A stretch of 42,412 bases of DNA from Nemertoderma westbladi (Eukaryota; Animalia; Xenacoelomorpha), in NCBI GenBank assembly GCA_032718475.1, contig JAUCBJ010001017.1, positions 1-42,412 on the forward strand. Direction: 5' to 3'. The position numbers and the translations under genes are program-made. The notes beneath the pieces are model-generated. The model had not been told where the DNA came from. It was given only the letters and a program-made list of their open reading frames with translations, and searched no databases. Each line of letters opens with the position of its first letter. Position 1 is the stretch's first letter. Positions 1-11,325 of the stretch are shown here, in pieces.

Positions 1-1960
1 AACTGCTAGCCTAGTAATTAATTACCGTTACTGCTACTCAGTGTAGCGTGATATATATATAATATATTAGAATACCGGTATACTTATAGTATATATAACT
101 ATATAAGTATTATTACAGACTAGGTTTAATTACAAGTACCGGTATAATTTCAGCCGAAATTTATAGAAATAAAGATAATAGGCCTATCGTAAATACCGGT
201 ATATCAATTATTTTAAATAATTGAATTTCTGAATTTTAGGGTTACTTGGTTACTTTACTTACTTTATTACCGTTATTTGAGCAGTAATCCAACTGATATT
301 GAGACCTAATGGTTGTATGGTAGGCCTACGATTTATAAATCGTTAGATTTGATTTATAATATATATATACCCGTTTTAGTGGGTTTTGTCAATGTTTGAA
401 ATAAATGTTATTATTTCTGGGGAGTAATCACTACACAAAGCGGTGCGCTTTCAATGAAGTGTTACTTATAAGACACTAAAACAAATAATTCTAATTTACC
501 TAAGTTACTTAATACTACAAATAACGTACAATTCGGGTGAGATTACAATCTCTAAATAAACACAAAAATTTACAAAAAACACAAAATACGAATTTTTAGG
601 GTAATTTTACAAGAAGTCTACAAACCAGCCTAACAAAGGGTTAGAAAACTGGTTATTACACGGACAGGGTACTACGGTGTTTTGAAATAATAAGTAGTAG
701 TAAATACACTGCGTTGTCTAGATAGGAAAATACCACCGCCTGACGACCTATAGCCGTATCGCTATAGGTTCTACGTTATGTATCACGGAGTGTTCCTACC
801 TAGAAGTTAATAGAGCTAATCGAATGTGCCTATCAACCACTTTACAACACAAATATAATGCCTACAATAATTACTTCGGAAAGTACGGTACACTAAACCC
901 TAAATTAGGTACGAGTACTTGTACAACAGATAATCAGTAATTAAATATACTTGAACAGCTAAAAGAACCACGGCATCTGCTGGAGTGACCGATGCACAAA
1001 ATCACCAGTCTTTACCTACGCCGAGCAGCCCGTGTAGTACCGGGGTTAATTTAACTATAGCGGTATGTATAACAAACACAATTACTGTAGGAACAAACTT
1101 AGGGAATGAATGTTGCGGATAATCGCATAAACTCTGAATAATAAATATTACGCTACGCGTACAAACTACTCAAACAAAATACAGACCGAACACTGACAGA
1201 CTACTATCAAGCCTAAACAAACTACGGTATATGCAGACTCCGAAATGGTTAGGGAGTATGCGCTCTAACCCAGTAGTGCGACTTATTCTTTAGTTGGGGT
1301 TTACCTTACAGCGTTCGCTGCCCTTACTGCCTAACCGTACTTAATCGGACAGATGATCTACACACGCGGCAATCCGTTCAGACCTAATAACAGCCAGACA
1401 ACTATCCAGCCTACAAATTATCTAAATAAAATTATACGCTACCCGTACAGACTTACACAAACAAAGTACAGACTAAACGATGGCAGACTACTCTCAAGCC
1501 TAAATAAACCACAGGACATGCAGACTCCGAAATGATTAGGGAGTATGCGCTCTAACCCAGTAGTGCGACTTATTCTTTAGTTGGGGGTTTACCTAACTGC
1601 GTACGCTGCCCCTACTTCCTAATCGTACTTAATCGGACAGGTGCTCTACATACACTGTAATCCGTTCAGACTTAACAGCAATCAGACAACAGCTCAGCCT
1701 ACAAATTGTCTGTACAATCTGATCAGGTTTACACGCCTTCTTGTTCAATACTGGCCTACAAACAAATAAAACTGACAGAAATAAGTAAGCTCCAAAAGAA
1801 ACAAGGGGTGTACAGTCCCTAATCTCTTAAACAGCCTACCGGTATACAACAATCAAATTGAATAATACTAGTGTACTTATACGGCAGTACCGGTTCTAGC
1901 GGTTGGGCCTACTGACCTACAGGTGTACTGTTCAGGTTTACCGGTTGACCGGTACTTTCA
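1..1960. repeat. Unclassified ~2-kb interspersed repeat, copy 1 (may continue left of the window)
   Basis: Collinear blocks match the reverse complement of ~13930-16620. Examples: gcgttgtctagataggaaaataccaccg (711-738) vs cggtggtatttccttatctagacaacgc (14884-14911); cgacttattctttagtt (~1279) vs actaaagaataagtcg (~14290). End points approximate. Confidence 0.8.
1136..1713. repeat. Internal tandem duplication, 2 x ~288 bp
   Basis: cgctctaacccagtagtgcgacttattctttagttgggg occurs at 1261 and 1548, and the flanks are collinear throughout. The unit appears only once in copy 2. Confidence 0.9.
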
Positions 1961-2108
1961 ACTTTATTGCTTACTGCAATAAAGAAGCTAAATATCCTTT
2001 AATGTTCGCGCTTTCAGACCTTTGGCAGTTTAACCCACCAAATTAAGATGTCTTCTAGATATTAAATCAGTTTTTTAGTCTTTGACAAGTATTTGATTCA
2101 CTACACTA

Positions 2109-2170
2109 GTCGAAACCAATCCGTGCGCGACCATTCACCCGCTGGATATTCCCGGGAGATTGGGTTCGAC
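2109..2170. repeat. Small inverted repeat (13-bp arms)
   Basis: gtcgaaaccaatc (2109-2121) and gattgggttcgac (2158-2170) are 12/13 complementary. Confidence 0.5.
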
Positions 2171-3615
2171 GGTTTAATTTTTTATTGCTATGTAAGCCTA
2201 ATGTATTATTCGACTGACAGTATTATATAATCTCTGACAATATTATTCACCTTCGGTAATATTAACAGTTCCTTTAGGACGTGGCGCTTTATCTATATAA
2301 ACAGAGTTATGACTTAAACTACTCACAACGATATGGCTTAATTATAATTCACATATATGGCGCATTCTTTAGGAATTGCTTCTTTAACAGACTCACTCAT
2401 ACACAATGCTGCACAATACTGCACACTAATCTGCCAATCTTCACTGATTTTAGTCACATATAAAAGGAACACAGACTGAATCATGTAGGGTCTATCAAAT
2501 AACATTAGATTCACTTCAAACCACTTTAACATAAGTCACAATCGTTTATTTGTAACCCTTCTCTCTTACCTTCGGTATATCAAGAATATTGGGTTTCGGG
2601 GTGATTTATCGTTATTCCAAATATAATTATTCATCAACCATATTATGAAGAACTGACGGTAAATAGCAGAATAAAACAACAACTGAACACTGATTGTTAT
2701 GAGTTTGCAATGTTTCAGCAGTCAGCATGTATGATCATCAGTCAGCAGTAGTCGTTAGGTATGTAGTCCGCAGTTAAAGGATATATGCCCTTTATAATTA
2801 AACCTACTAGTGTACGACTAAAAAACAGTAAAGCACAAAATACTTCCAAGCCGTTCTTTCTTAGGCTCAGGACTGAATGTAAACACTGCACATAGGCATT
2901 GCGTCATTTCTCGGAAATTTTCTGTACAAGGAGCCACAAAAACGCTCTAATTGGCTGACTGAACTGAGAGACGCCGTAGAACAAAGGAAATCAACACGTA
3001 TGAATGTCAGCTGTTAACCGTAGTCATAGTAACTACTGTTCAAGAGTAGCTATCACCCCTTTGCGTCACGAATTGCCATAGAATCATAAAATATGCCTTT
3101 CACAGTACACATACGGAGGAAATAGGTCTTAGATCCTCTAAAAACACCGATACAGCAATAATACGGTCTCTTACACTTATTAAATCAACTACATAGTATT
3201 TTAATGTAAAAGATAATAAAAATAACGGGGCAATTCAGCAAAGGCTTTTACAGTGGCTTTGTTACACGAACGAACGTTAGTGAGTGAGTGAAAATAAAGC
3301 CACGAGGATCAGAACACTGTAAAGCACTTTGCAACAAGTATGTATGTAGTTTTATTCAAAATTTTAACATTAGGAAATGATTGTACATATACATTATAAG
3401 TGATAGAAACTGCACAAATTATATTAGTTGCTGTATAAATAAATGTAAAAATGACATCAATTATGTTATAAATAAGTTAGCTTATATTTATGGTGGCGTT
3501 TGGAGCCATGTTATAATAATATATATAGGCCCTACTGGTTATTAATATATATACCCCGCCTACCGGTAGGTAGGTAATGCAGTAGGCCTATCTGGCTGTC
3601 AGGCAAATCTCCAGC

Positions 3616-3706
3616 TATTGTTTACGTGGTATCCAATGACGGCGTTAAGTAATGTTCCCTTAGTGGACATTACATAACGCCGTCATGGGTTACCACGTTA
3701 ACAATA
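3616..3706. repeat. Fold-back hairpin / palindromic miniature element
   Basis: Arms of ~42 bp (tattgtttacgtggtatccaatgacggcgttaagtaatgttc / ggacattacataacgccgtcatgggttaccacgttaacaata) have about 5 mismatches and a 7-nt loop. Confidence 0.85.
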
Positions 3707-3873
3707 ACACCAAATACAATACTAAATGTACAGGCCAATACAATGCTGTAATGTCCTCTAAAGTTGTAAAGTGCTAAATAACAACTCGCTGTTAATACTG
3801 TAATACTAACGGCGTTGAGTAATGTTACAATTATGGAATAAAGAGTAGTTAAATGTTTAATTGGCTAGAGTTC

Positions 3874-4754
3874 CGTATAGCACCATATTTGTAAAACATA
3901 AAATCATTGTTACTATGGCAACGTTGACGAGTTGAAAGTATTATATATTTTAAATCATAAATAAAATAAAAGGTACAATGTTCTAGAACATAATATAGCT
4001 AATTTTTTATATTTAAAAATGGCTCGTAAATTTAAAGGCATTAGTGTGGCCAGGTGCCCACGTTTTGACCAATTTTTTTCATGTAAAAGTGTTTTTTTCT
4101 TAGGATTTAATTGATACTAACTCACTTTCTTATTTTTATAACATTTATAAAAAAAGTGTTCTAGAACAAAAATATTTTTTAAAATTGATAACCAACACGT
4201 GTTCTATAGCATTTATAAAAAAAGTTGAAAAAAACTAGCTAGTATAAAAAAAAGTGTTCTAGAACAAAATTTTTTATCAAAATTGATAGCTAACACGTGT
4301 TCTATAACATTTATAAAAAAATTAGCTGTTAATGCTTATGCTAAAAAAAAGTGGGCACAGAGGCCACACTAATGCCAATTTAAAAAAAAACTTTATTTTT
4401 AACTAATTTTCTGAATACATTTAAATGAATATTTATGTTTTTTGATTTGATTTTTTTGATTTTTTTGTGTTGATTTTTTATGTGTTGTATGTTGATGATA
4501 ATTATGTGTTACAATTTTTTTGTTATTTTTGTTTTTATGTTTTTTTTGTATTTTTTTAGGCTTTAATTTTTATTTGAGTTTTTTAAACACTACATTGTTA
4601 TATTTCTAACACTACGCTTTGTTACCAAACATTAATAAAACAAATTATTTTATTCATGTTGTAGAATAGTGCATAATATTTATACTTTATTATAGAACTC
4701 TAGAATGTTGCCATGGTAACAATGATTTATGTTATAAAAATGTTGTGCTATACG
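3874..4754. mobile_element. Non-autonomous TIR element (~50-bp imperfect TIRs) containing a nested MITE
   Basis: cgtatagcaccatatttgtaaaacataaaatcattgttactatggcaacgtt (3874-3925) is the imperfect reverse complement of aatgttgccatggtaacaatgatttatgttataaaaatgttgtgctatacg (4704-4754). Confidence 0.75.
4037..4376. mobile_element. MITE with 5'-GG termini and 8-bp TSD (Merlin- or MULE-like)
   Basis: TIRs are ggcattagtgtggccaggtgcccac and gtgggcacagaggccacactaatgcc. The direct repeat aatttaaa flanks both sides (4029-4036, 4377-4384). Internal gtgttctagaacaaaa repeats are also seen at 32400-32630. Confidence 0.85.
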
Positions 4755-5220
4755 TAGCTGTTAACTAAATTCTAATTATCAATTCTGAGGTAGTATGCGT
4801 AACAATTACATTATTCTGGAAGCTCGCACTATTTTTTAAGTTACAGTTCCGCATGACACTGCGCACTAGTTTTCTTGAATGGCAAGGTCACGTTTGTTAT
4901 TAGTGTTGAACGTTATGAATTACAGAAATTAATTGTCACCATAGCTAGTGCTTTTGTATAGCACCTAGTGTTATAAAATACAGGTTAATGGTTATATATC
5001 CAGCACATTGTAAACTAGAATTATTAATTAACTTTTAATCAAATAATATATATATAAAACAGATCAAAGTGTAAATATATATTAAAATTATCTAACAAAA
5101 ATGTCAAAGAAAAATAGGAGATATCACAACGTTGCGTTGAAGAGATATCATTAATTAACGAACAATTTATATCAGTAAACCACGCCTACGAAACATATAA
5201 TTAAAAATATAAACATTAAA

Positions 5221-8200
5221 ATGTCGGGAATCAATATTGACATTATCGACAGCATAGAAGAGCATACCGTTATTGATGATGGTAAAGATGATGTAGATGG
5301 ATGTTTTAGAACATGTGTAAAGCGCGTATTTGGATATCGCTGGCCATTGCTATACGAGCGACACAACGGTTCATGGTGGAACCCCAAATTCAGTAACAAC
5401 CAGTTGGAAGAGCAATATCAGAAAAGCACTTTACCCTTGCAACAGCGGGCATTCAGGATCACTATAACGTACTTATGGGTGGCTTGTTCAATTCACATCA
5501 TATACTTCGTGGTTATTAACACACAGCTAGTAGAATCACTAACAAGAACAAAAATGTTAATTCCAAGCATATGTGTATTTGTTACTTTGGCTATTCTAAC
5601 ATTTATGGCTGTAATACTATTCCGGAAAGGTCATAAGTTGACACTGTCAATTCTCATTGTTGTAGTTATGTGTGCAGGTTTATTTGCAGCTTTCGGTAAA
5701 AGGGATAAGATTTATGATGTAAGTCAACACGAGCTTCTATATGAAATGGGAACTTTTACAATATCCATAGAGATTTTACTAATAATCAATGCAATGCTAC
5801 CACTGCCGATATACTTATCATGTATTTTGGGAATCATTGTCAGTGTTGCCTACAATATTACAGACTGTGTCATTCAACACACCACAAAGAGTGGAGCTGG
5901 GCCCGGCGGTAATCTATCGACACACCAATTTTACAAGATTCTACTCCATATATTTCTACATGTAGTATGCATTCACTCTGGTCTCCGGAGGACAGTGAGA
6001 GAGCGAACTATGTTTATGCACAAAGTGTATTCTATAATGGCAAGCTCTGAGTTGGAGCTGGGGAAATCGGTGAGAGAGAAGATGCTCTATTTATTACTGC
6101 CACCTATGGTTGCTGAGAAAATTATGAATAGAGAGTGTAGTGATTGGGATGAAAACAGGCTGGGCCAAAGGGAAAACATAATTTTTCATGATTACCAAAT
6201 GCAGAAGATGGATAACGTGTCTATACTATATGCTGATATAGTTGGATTCACAGATATGGCCTCTGGGAGGAGTGCTGCTGTAGTAGTTGCTCTGCTCAAT
6301 GATTTATTTGGACGCTTTGACGAGAATGCCGTGAAGTTGGACTGTGAAAAGATCTCCACACTGGGGGATTGTTATTATTGCGTGGCGGGCTGCCCAGAAC
6401 CTCGGGAAGATCATGCGAAATGTTGTGTGGAAATGGGCCTACTAATGGGTGAGTCAATACGGTATTTCAATCTGGATTTAGACGAAAACATTGATTTAAG
6501 AGTTGGAATCCACACAGGAACAGTGCTCTGTGGAATTTTGGGAACTAAAAGGTTTAAGTTTGATGTGTGGTCTCGAGATGTGACTATAGCCAATGGGATG
6601 GAAGCATCTGGCATCCCCGGAAAAGTTCATATCACTGGAACCACACTTGGACAATTACAGGATATGTATAAAGTTGAGGAAAGTGTGATAAATGATCAGA
6701 ACATCATACAACTTCTCAATGGGATTAAAACGTATCATATATTATATCGGAAGACCAATCACCATATATCGTACTCTACAAAAAGCCGTACCTCATTGTG
6801 TAGTTACAGCCACTGGGGTTGGGGGTCATCATTTGTAAAGCGACTTGAAAACGTCAAACTTGAAAAGCAAAGTACTATCATGGAAACGATCAGTGATGAG
6901 AGCATAAAGGGTTCTGCCAGTGCTGACACATTACAGTCATATTATAATACACAAAAAAGAGAAGTTGCACTAGCTATTGGCCTTGTTGACCTCGAATTTG
7001 AAGAGTATGATGATATACCATTGGTGGAAGCATTGAATGAGAACCCAGTTGCAATGGATTACAACAGTCTTCCGGTAAAACAAATTACTTTACGATTTAA
7101 TGATGAAGATTTAGAAGATCAGTACAGTGAATGGTTTACGAAGGAATCCCCGTGGTTAAGATCCTCTCAAATGGCTAAGACGCTTCGCCGGTTCATATAT
7201 TTTGATGTCTTTATTGGGTTTGCTATATATTTAGCACTATCTATAAGTATTTTTTTGTTATTCAGAAATGAACTTCAATTTCAATTTTATATTTGCTTCA
7301 TGGTTTTTTTGATAATAGAAACATTCATCTTCATACAGCAAACTATTTGGTTTGTCTCTAATGTGAAGAATATACCTTATAGACCATCATTTATTGATTT
7401 CTTGAACATGCCATATTCCAGGATTATGTGTGATGTAATATTACTTATAATTCCAATAGTTACAGTTTATTTAACTTATAAAAAGTGTGATAATGTACAA
7501 AACAATGACTATAAACTTTTCCTACTTTCTGTAACCTACATGCATTCGATAAATTTTGTACAAATCAAGTCGTGGCTAAAATGTGTACTTGTATTCCTGT
7601 CCAGCATTCCAATATTATATCTTCTAATCTATATATCTCTTTCATACAATTGCAATGAGGATGTAGTGGAGTTTGAAGGCAGCGCGAAGTATCAAATAAT
7701 AGTTATTACGCTCGCACTAATTATATTAATATTTATTATAAACAGAGAATTTGATATCAGTTCCCGGGTAAACTTTCATGGTGAAGTAACAGCCAAAAAA
7801 GAAAGGGAAAATATTACATCAATACAAGAACAAGCTGAGTGGTTACTAGGAGTTATAATACCAAAACGCGTCTCGGATGAATTAAAAGTCAACTTAACCT
7901 ACTCAAAGAACCACTCAGATATTGGTATAATATTCTTTTCCATAATTAACTTTTGGGACTTTTACGAAGAGGACTTTGAAGGTGGTCTTGGATACCTTCG
8001 AATACTCAATGAAATTATCGGAGATTTTGATGAACTTCTCAACAAACCGAAATACAGCATAATTAGCAAGATAAAAACAATTGGTGCCACCTATATGGCA
8101 GCATCCGGGTTAGATGTAGTAAATGCTGAAGATAGAATTAAGAACAAACACCTCATAACCATAATGCACTTCGTAATAGATCTACAGAAGATAATTAAAC

Positions 8201-8505
8201 ATATTAACACTAGTATGATGGGTTTCGAATTCAAAGTAACCTGTGGAATGAACAATGGTCCCGTGACATCAGGGGTTATTGGAATAAGCAAACTTTATTA
8301 CGATATATGGGGCGATGCAGTGAATGTAGCTTCAAGAATGAACTCAACAGGTGTCACCAATGAAGTCCAGGTATCAACTAGCACCATGATGGCATTAAAC
8401 ACAGTGTTTGAGTTCATTTATAGAGGATCGATATCAATAAAGGGTAAAGGAAATCTGGATACCTATCTGCTAGTAAAAAAACGAAACAAGCTTTTGGAAT
8501 CATAA
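5221..8505 (+). CDS. ADCY9: Transmembrane adenylyl cyclase, type 9-like (1094 aa, single exon), paralogue 1
   Basis: N-terminal LYERHNGSWWNPKF resembles the AC9 LFERxxxxWWDPKF motif. Two hydrophobic helix clusters are present. C1a motifs: VSILYADIVGFT, EKISTLGDCYYCVAGCPEP, RVGIHTG, KFDVWS. C2a motifs: KIKTIGATYMAASG (Ala, as in AC9), YDIWGDAVNVASRM, KGKG. Confidence 0.95.
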   Translation: MSGINIDIIDSIEEHTVIDDGKDDVDGCFRTCVKRVFGYRWPLLYERHNGSWWNPKFSNNQLEEQYQKSTLPLQQRAFRITITYLWVACSIHIIYFVVINTQLVESLTRTKMLIPSICVFVTLAILTFMAVILFRKGHKLTLSILIVVVMCAGLFAAFGKRDKIYDVSQHELLYEMGTFTISIEILLIINAMLPLPIYLSCILGIIVSVAYNITDCVIQHTTKSGAGPGGNLSTHQFYKILLHIFLHVVCIHSGLRRTVRERTMFMHKVYSIMASSELELGKSVREKMLYLLLPPMVAEKIMNRECSDWDENRLGQRENIIFHDYQMQKMDNVSILYADIVGFTDMASGRSAAVVVALLNDLFGRFDENAVKLDCEKISTLGDCYYCVAGCPEPREDHAKCCVEMGLLMGESIRYFNLDLDENIDLRVGIHTGTVLCGILGTKRFKFDVWSRDVTIANGMEASGIPGKVHITGTTLGQLQDMYKVEESVINDQNIIQLLNGIKTYHILYRKTNHHISYSTKSRTSLCSYSHWGWGSSFVKRLENVKLEKQSTIMETISDESIKGSASADTLQSYYNTQKREVALAIGLVDLEFEEYDDIPLVEALNENPVAMDYNSLPVKQITLRFNDEDLEDQYSEWFTKESPWLRSSQMAKTLRRFIYFDVFIGFAIYLALSISIFLLFRNELQFQFYICFMVFLIIETFIFIQQTIWFVSNVKNIPYRPSFIDFLNMPYSRIMCDVILLIIPIVTVYLTYKKCDNVQNNDYKLFLLSVTYMHSINFVQIKSWLKCVLVFLSSIPILYLLIYISLSYNCNEDVVEFEGSAKYQIIVITLALIILIFIINREFDISSRVNFHGEVTAKKERENITSIQEQAEWLLGVIIPKRVSDELKVNLTYSKNHSDIGIIFFSIINFWDFYEEDFEGGLGYLRILNEIIGDFDELLNKPKYSIISKIKTIGATYMAASGLDVVNAEDRIKNKHLITIMHFVIDLQKIIKHINTSMMGFEFKVTCGMNNGPVTSGVIGISKLYYDIWGDAVNVASRMNSTGVTNEVQVSTSTMMALNTVFEFIYRGSISIKGKGNLDTYLLVKKRNKLLES

Positions 8506-8944
8506 TTATTACTAGAATATTCGTTTAATTAATATATCAACTCAACAGATATATTTAATTTTCTGTGTATTGTTAATTAATTGACATGAGGTAATTGATG
8601 TAAATAAATTGCAACTGATTTTTGAATACATCCTGATGTATTCCAATTATAGATATGTCCCATTGTTCCCCAACATAGTACGCTTAAAAGATAAACACAT
8701 CAAAATCATAAAAAAAGCATCAAAACACCAATAACAACATGCATACAGTTTTCTCTAAATAACCACCCACCACTGAGCTATAACACCCACCCCACCACAC
8801 ACTAGTACTTTGACTTTGAGAAACAACTGTTAAACAATGATCGAATCCTGCCTGATGACTTCACTATTGATATTGTGTCTTCCACTGTGCCCCATTATAA
8901 CTTTTTGTTGGGCACAGCGTTTTGCAAAGTCAGCAATGACATCA

Positions 8945-9010
8945 CGGTGGTATCGAACTGGTGACCTCCGGATTGGAAGTCTGACGCTCTAACCATTCAG
9001 ATAACGGCTC
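8945..9010 (-). mobile_element. tRNA-derived SINE head / tRNA pseudogene
   Basis: The minus strand reads gagccgttatctgaatggttagagcgtcagacttccaatccggaggtcaccagttcgataccac. It has an A-box-like TGGTTAGAGC, a 7-nt loop CTTCCAA and a B-box-like GTTCGATAC. Stems are mispaired and no acceptor stem is evident. Confidence 0.6.
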
Positions 9011-9555
9011 ATGTAAAAGATAGACCTGGAAATACTATCTGATACATTGTATGTCCGCAGTTTATCTCATCATGGCCTCCTATCTGTCAATACCATCATC
9101 TCTGCCACTACTGTGCTCAACCCTGCAGTACTTGGCCGCCAGTACAGTGCCCCATGGCACCTCCACTTGCGATGGACATATTATGATTTGGACAAGAGTT
9201 GAGCCGTTCAAAAACACGATGTGGTGGGGTGTGTGTGTGTGTATAACCATCCAATATAACTCAATAAACAATAAACTCAAGCAGGTACGCAAAAATTTTA
9301 ATAATAAACTCTACATAAATTTTGGTTGCGCACAAGACTGTATATTTTTGTGGCGTTTCGATCACGGGGTCACTGAAAAATAGCGGTTTTGAAAATTTAA
9401 AGTCGAATTTCACCGATTTCAACACGTCGAGTATGTACTAACTTTTTTATTTAGGCTGTTCAGTCATTTGAGCAACAATCTCGCACAGAACGTCGCCAAA
9501 ATTTGTTAGTCCGGCAAAAAAACGCAAATTATTTGGTTGCAGGATAATATGATTC

Positions 9556-9997
9556 AACTAGAAAAGCCAGCCAGCTGGCTATAAGGAGACCGCCCATATA
9601 GACAAACGTAGTGTTAGTTGTGTCCCTCCTCATTCATTATCATCAACTCCCTCCCACCTAACATAGCAGTGAGTAACCTTATAGATTATTGTCATAGGAT
9701 TCACTGGGAAGAGGTATTCATCTGGTGGGGTAATACATTATACAAACTTACAGTTGATGTTTATTACTGTCTGGGATAGAGTGAGATAGTAATAATTTTG
9801 GCAAGTAATATACTTCTCTGCAGTTTGGGCCTATCCATTCAATAAATAGTAGTAGCTTACTAGGCCCACATGAGTACCATCAGCTGGTGTTTCTATCGTT
9901 GAGTTCATGGCAATTTATCGTGTTTTCATTTTCACTCACTCAGGGTACTGGTTTGAGGGGCAGGTTCGTTTAAAGCCAGCTTGCTGGCTTTCTAGTT
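9556..9997. mobile_element. MITE-like element with ~24-bp TIRs, copy A
   Basis: Termini are aactagaaaagccagccagctggct and agccagcttgctggctttctagtt. A near-identical direct copy lies at 22376-22860. Confidence 0.85.
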
Positions 9998-10589
9998 TCA
10001 TACTGTACTAACATTATTTCTTCATCTCAAATTAGTTTCAGACCAAAAAGGGCCCTACAGTAAAGTTAAGGAACTAGATCGTGACAAACCCCTATCCCCA
10101 CAATATCACTTATTCTGCATCCGAATTAGGCCTACATTTTCTATTTTTCAGTTTACATGACGACAACTGTAAACCGATGTTTTTTTGATTGAAAATCGGT
10201 AATGTTGACATTAACTACGAGATAATATTTCGGTAATTCGGCCAATCTGGACAGGATCTTTTTTTAAATGTTAAACAAACAGTTCCAGAAACCTTTAGTT
10301 CCCATGCCAATATGAGTTATTATTGAAAATGCTACTAAACCAGACTAAGCAACGAAGAAATGGATGAACGTTTGTTTCATTTTCCTTAGCTTCCTGGTTG
10401 TATTAATTATCAAACCAATTAAATTGAGTTAAAAGACAGGCATTTTGTAACAATTAATTTTATTAGTTTCCTAGGATTTTCTATTCTAGACATTAACATC
10501 AATGTTAATTATTTCATTTCTCAGTCAATGCATTTATAATCTTTAATTTAGCAGCTATAAGTTGAAGTATCATTGTTAGTGGAGTGACA

Positions 10590-10854
10590 ATGTCACGCAG
10601 CTCAAACTGCAGTGATGACGTATTTTATGATCTCCACAAATGCAATGCCAGTGTTATGTGCCCACCAGAGATCCCGAAACCAGGTTTCGAGATGAAGAAA
10701 AACAGATTTAGAAACCTGGATTTTCCATGGAATAAGGCACCGAAATGGTCGCCGAGCGTATTCAGAAAATACTTTGAGACCATCGTGGAAGATCAGGAGT
10801 GTCAACTGGAGGAAGATCCTCCTTCTACTGATAAGATAAGGCGATCTTCTATTG
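10590..10854 (+). CDS. Possible first coding exon of an unknown gene (possibly the FReD gene)
   Basis: An ATG-initiated, GC-richer open stretch (MSRSSNCSDDVFYDL...KIRRSSI) ends at a good donor G|GTATGT (10854/10855), after which composition becomes intron-like. No recognisable domain. Confidence 0.3.
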
Positions 10855-11325
10855 GTATGTCTTGGTGCCCAACACTTTCTTTCACAATAATTGTTAAATA
10901 TTCACTGAGAATCTATTTTTTACTAGCTACTTTTTTCTAGCTACTGTACTCTCATAATAAAAGTGGTTGTTATGGAACATTCTAGAACTTAAATAAGAAT
11001 ATAAAGAAATATATAATATACATATATAATATACATTTGGTGTTAGCCCTTTTGTTTACTTTAGGGTGCCTGCAACCATTTGTTTTAGATTTGCTTTCTA
11101 TTTTTACTATTTTTTCTCTTTCTTTATAAATTATTCTATGTCGTGGTGGAAAATCGTCACAACAAACATTTAAGTATTTTGATTACATCATTAACTGTAA
11201 TTAATATTCCTATGATCATTTATGATCAATTCGAGCTAAAACCTGGCAGATTGATTAAATGATTAAATGTTAGCGAAATAAAATAAAATTACTATCCGAA
11301 ACTTTCGATAAACAAACAAAATAAA

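Noticed and set aside
8945-9010. Functional tRNA-Gly(TCC) gene
   Set aside because: Anticodon and T stems are mispaired and there is no acceptor stem. It is better explained as a SINE head or pseudogene.
9051-9383. 110-aa ORF as a gene
   Set aside because: No domain. Part looks faintly like a decayed L2/CR1 ORF2 (QYSAPWH...AVQK) in another frame, which is too weak to annotate.
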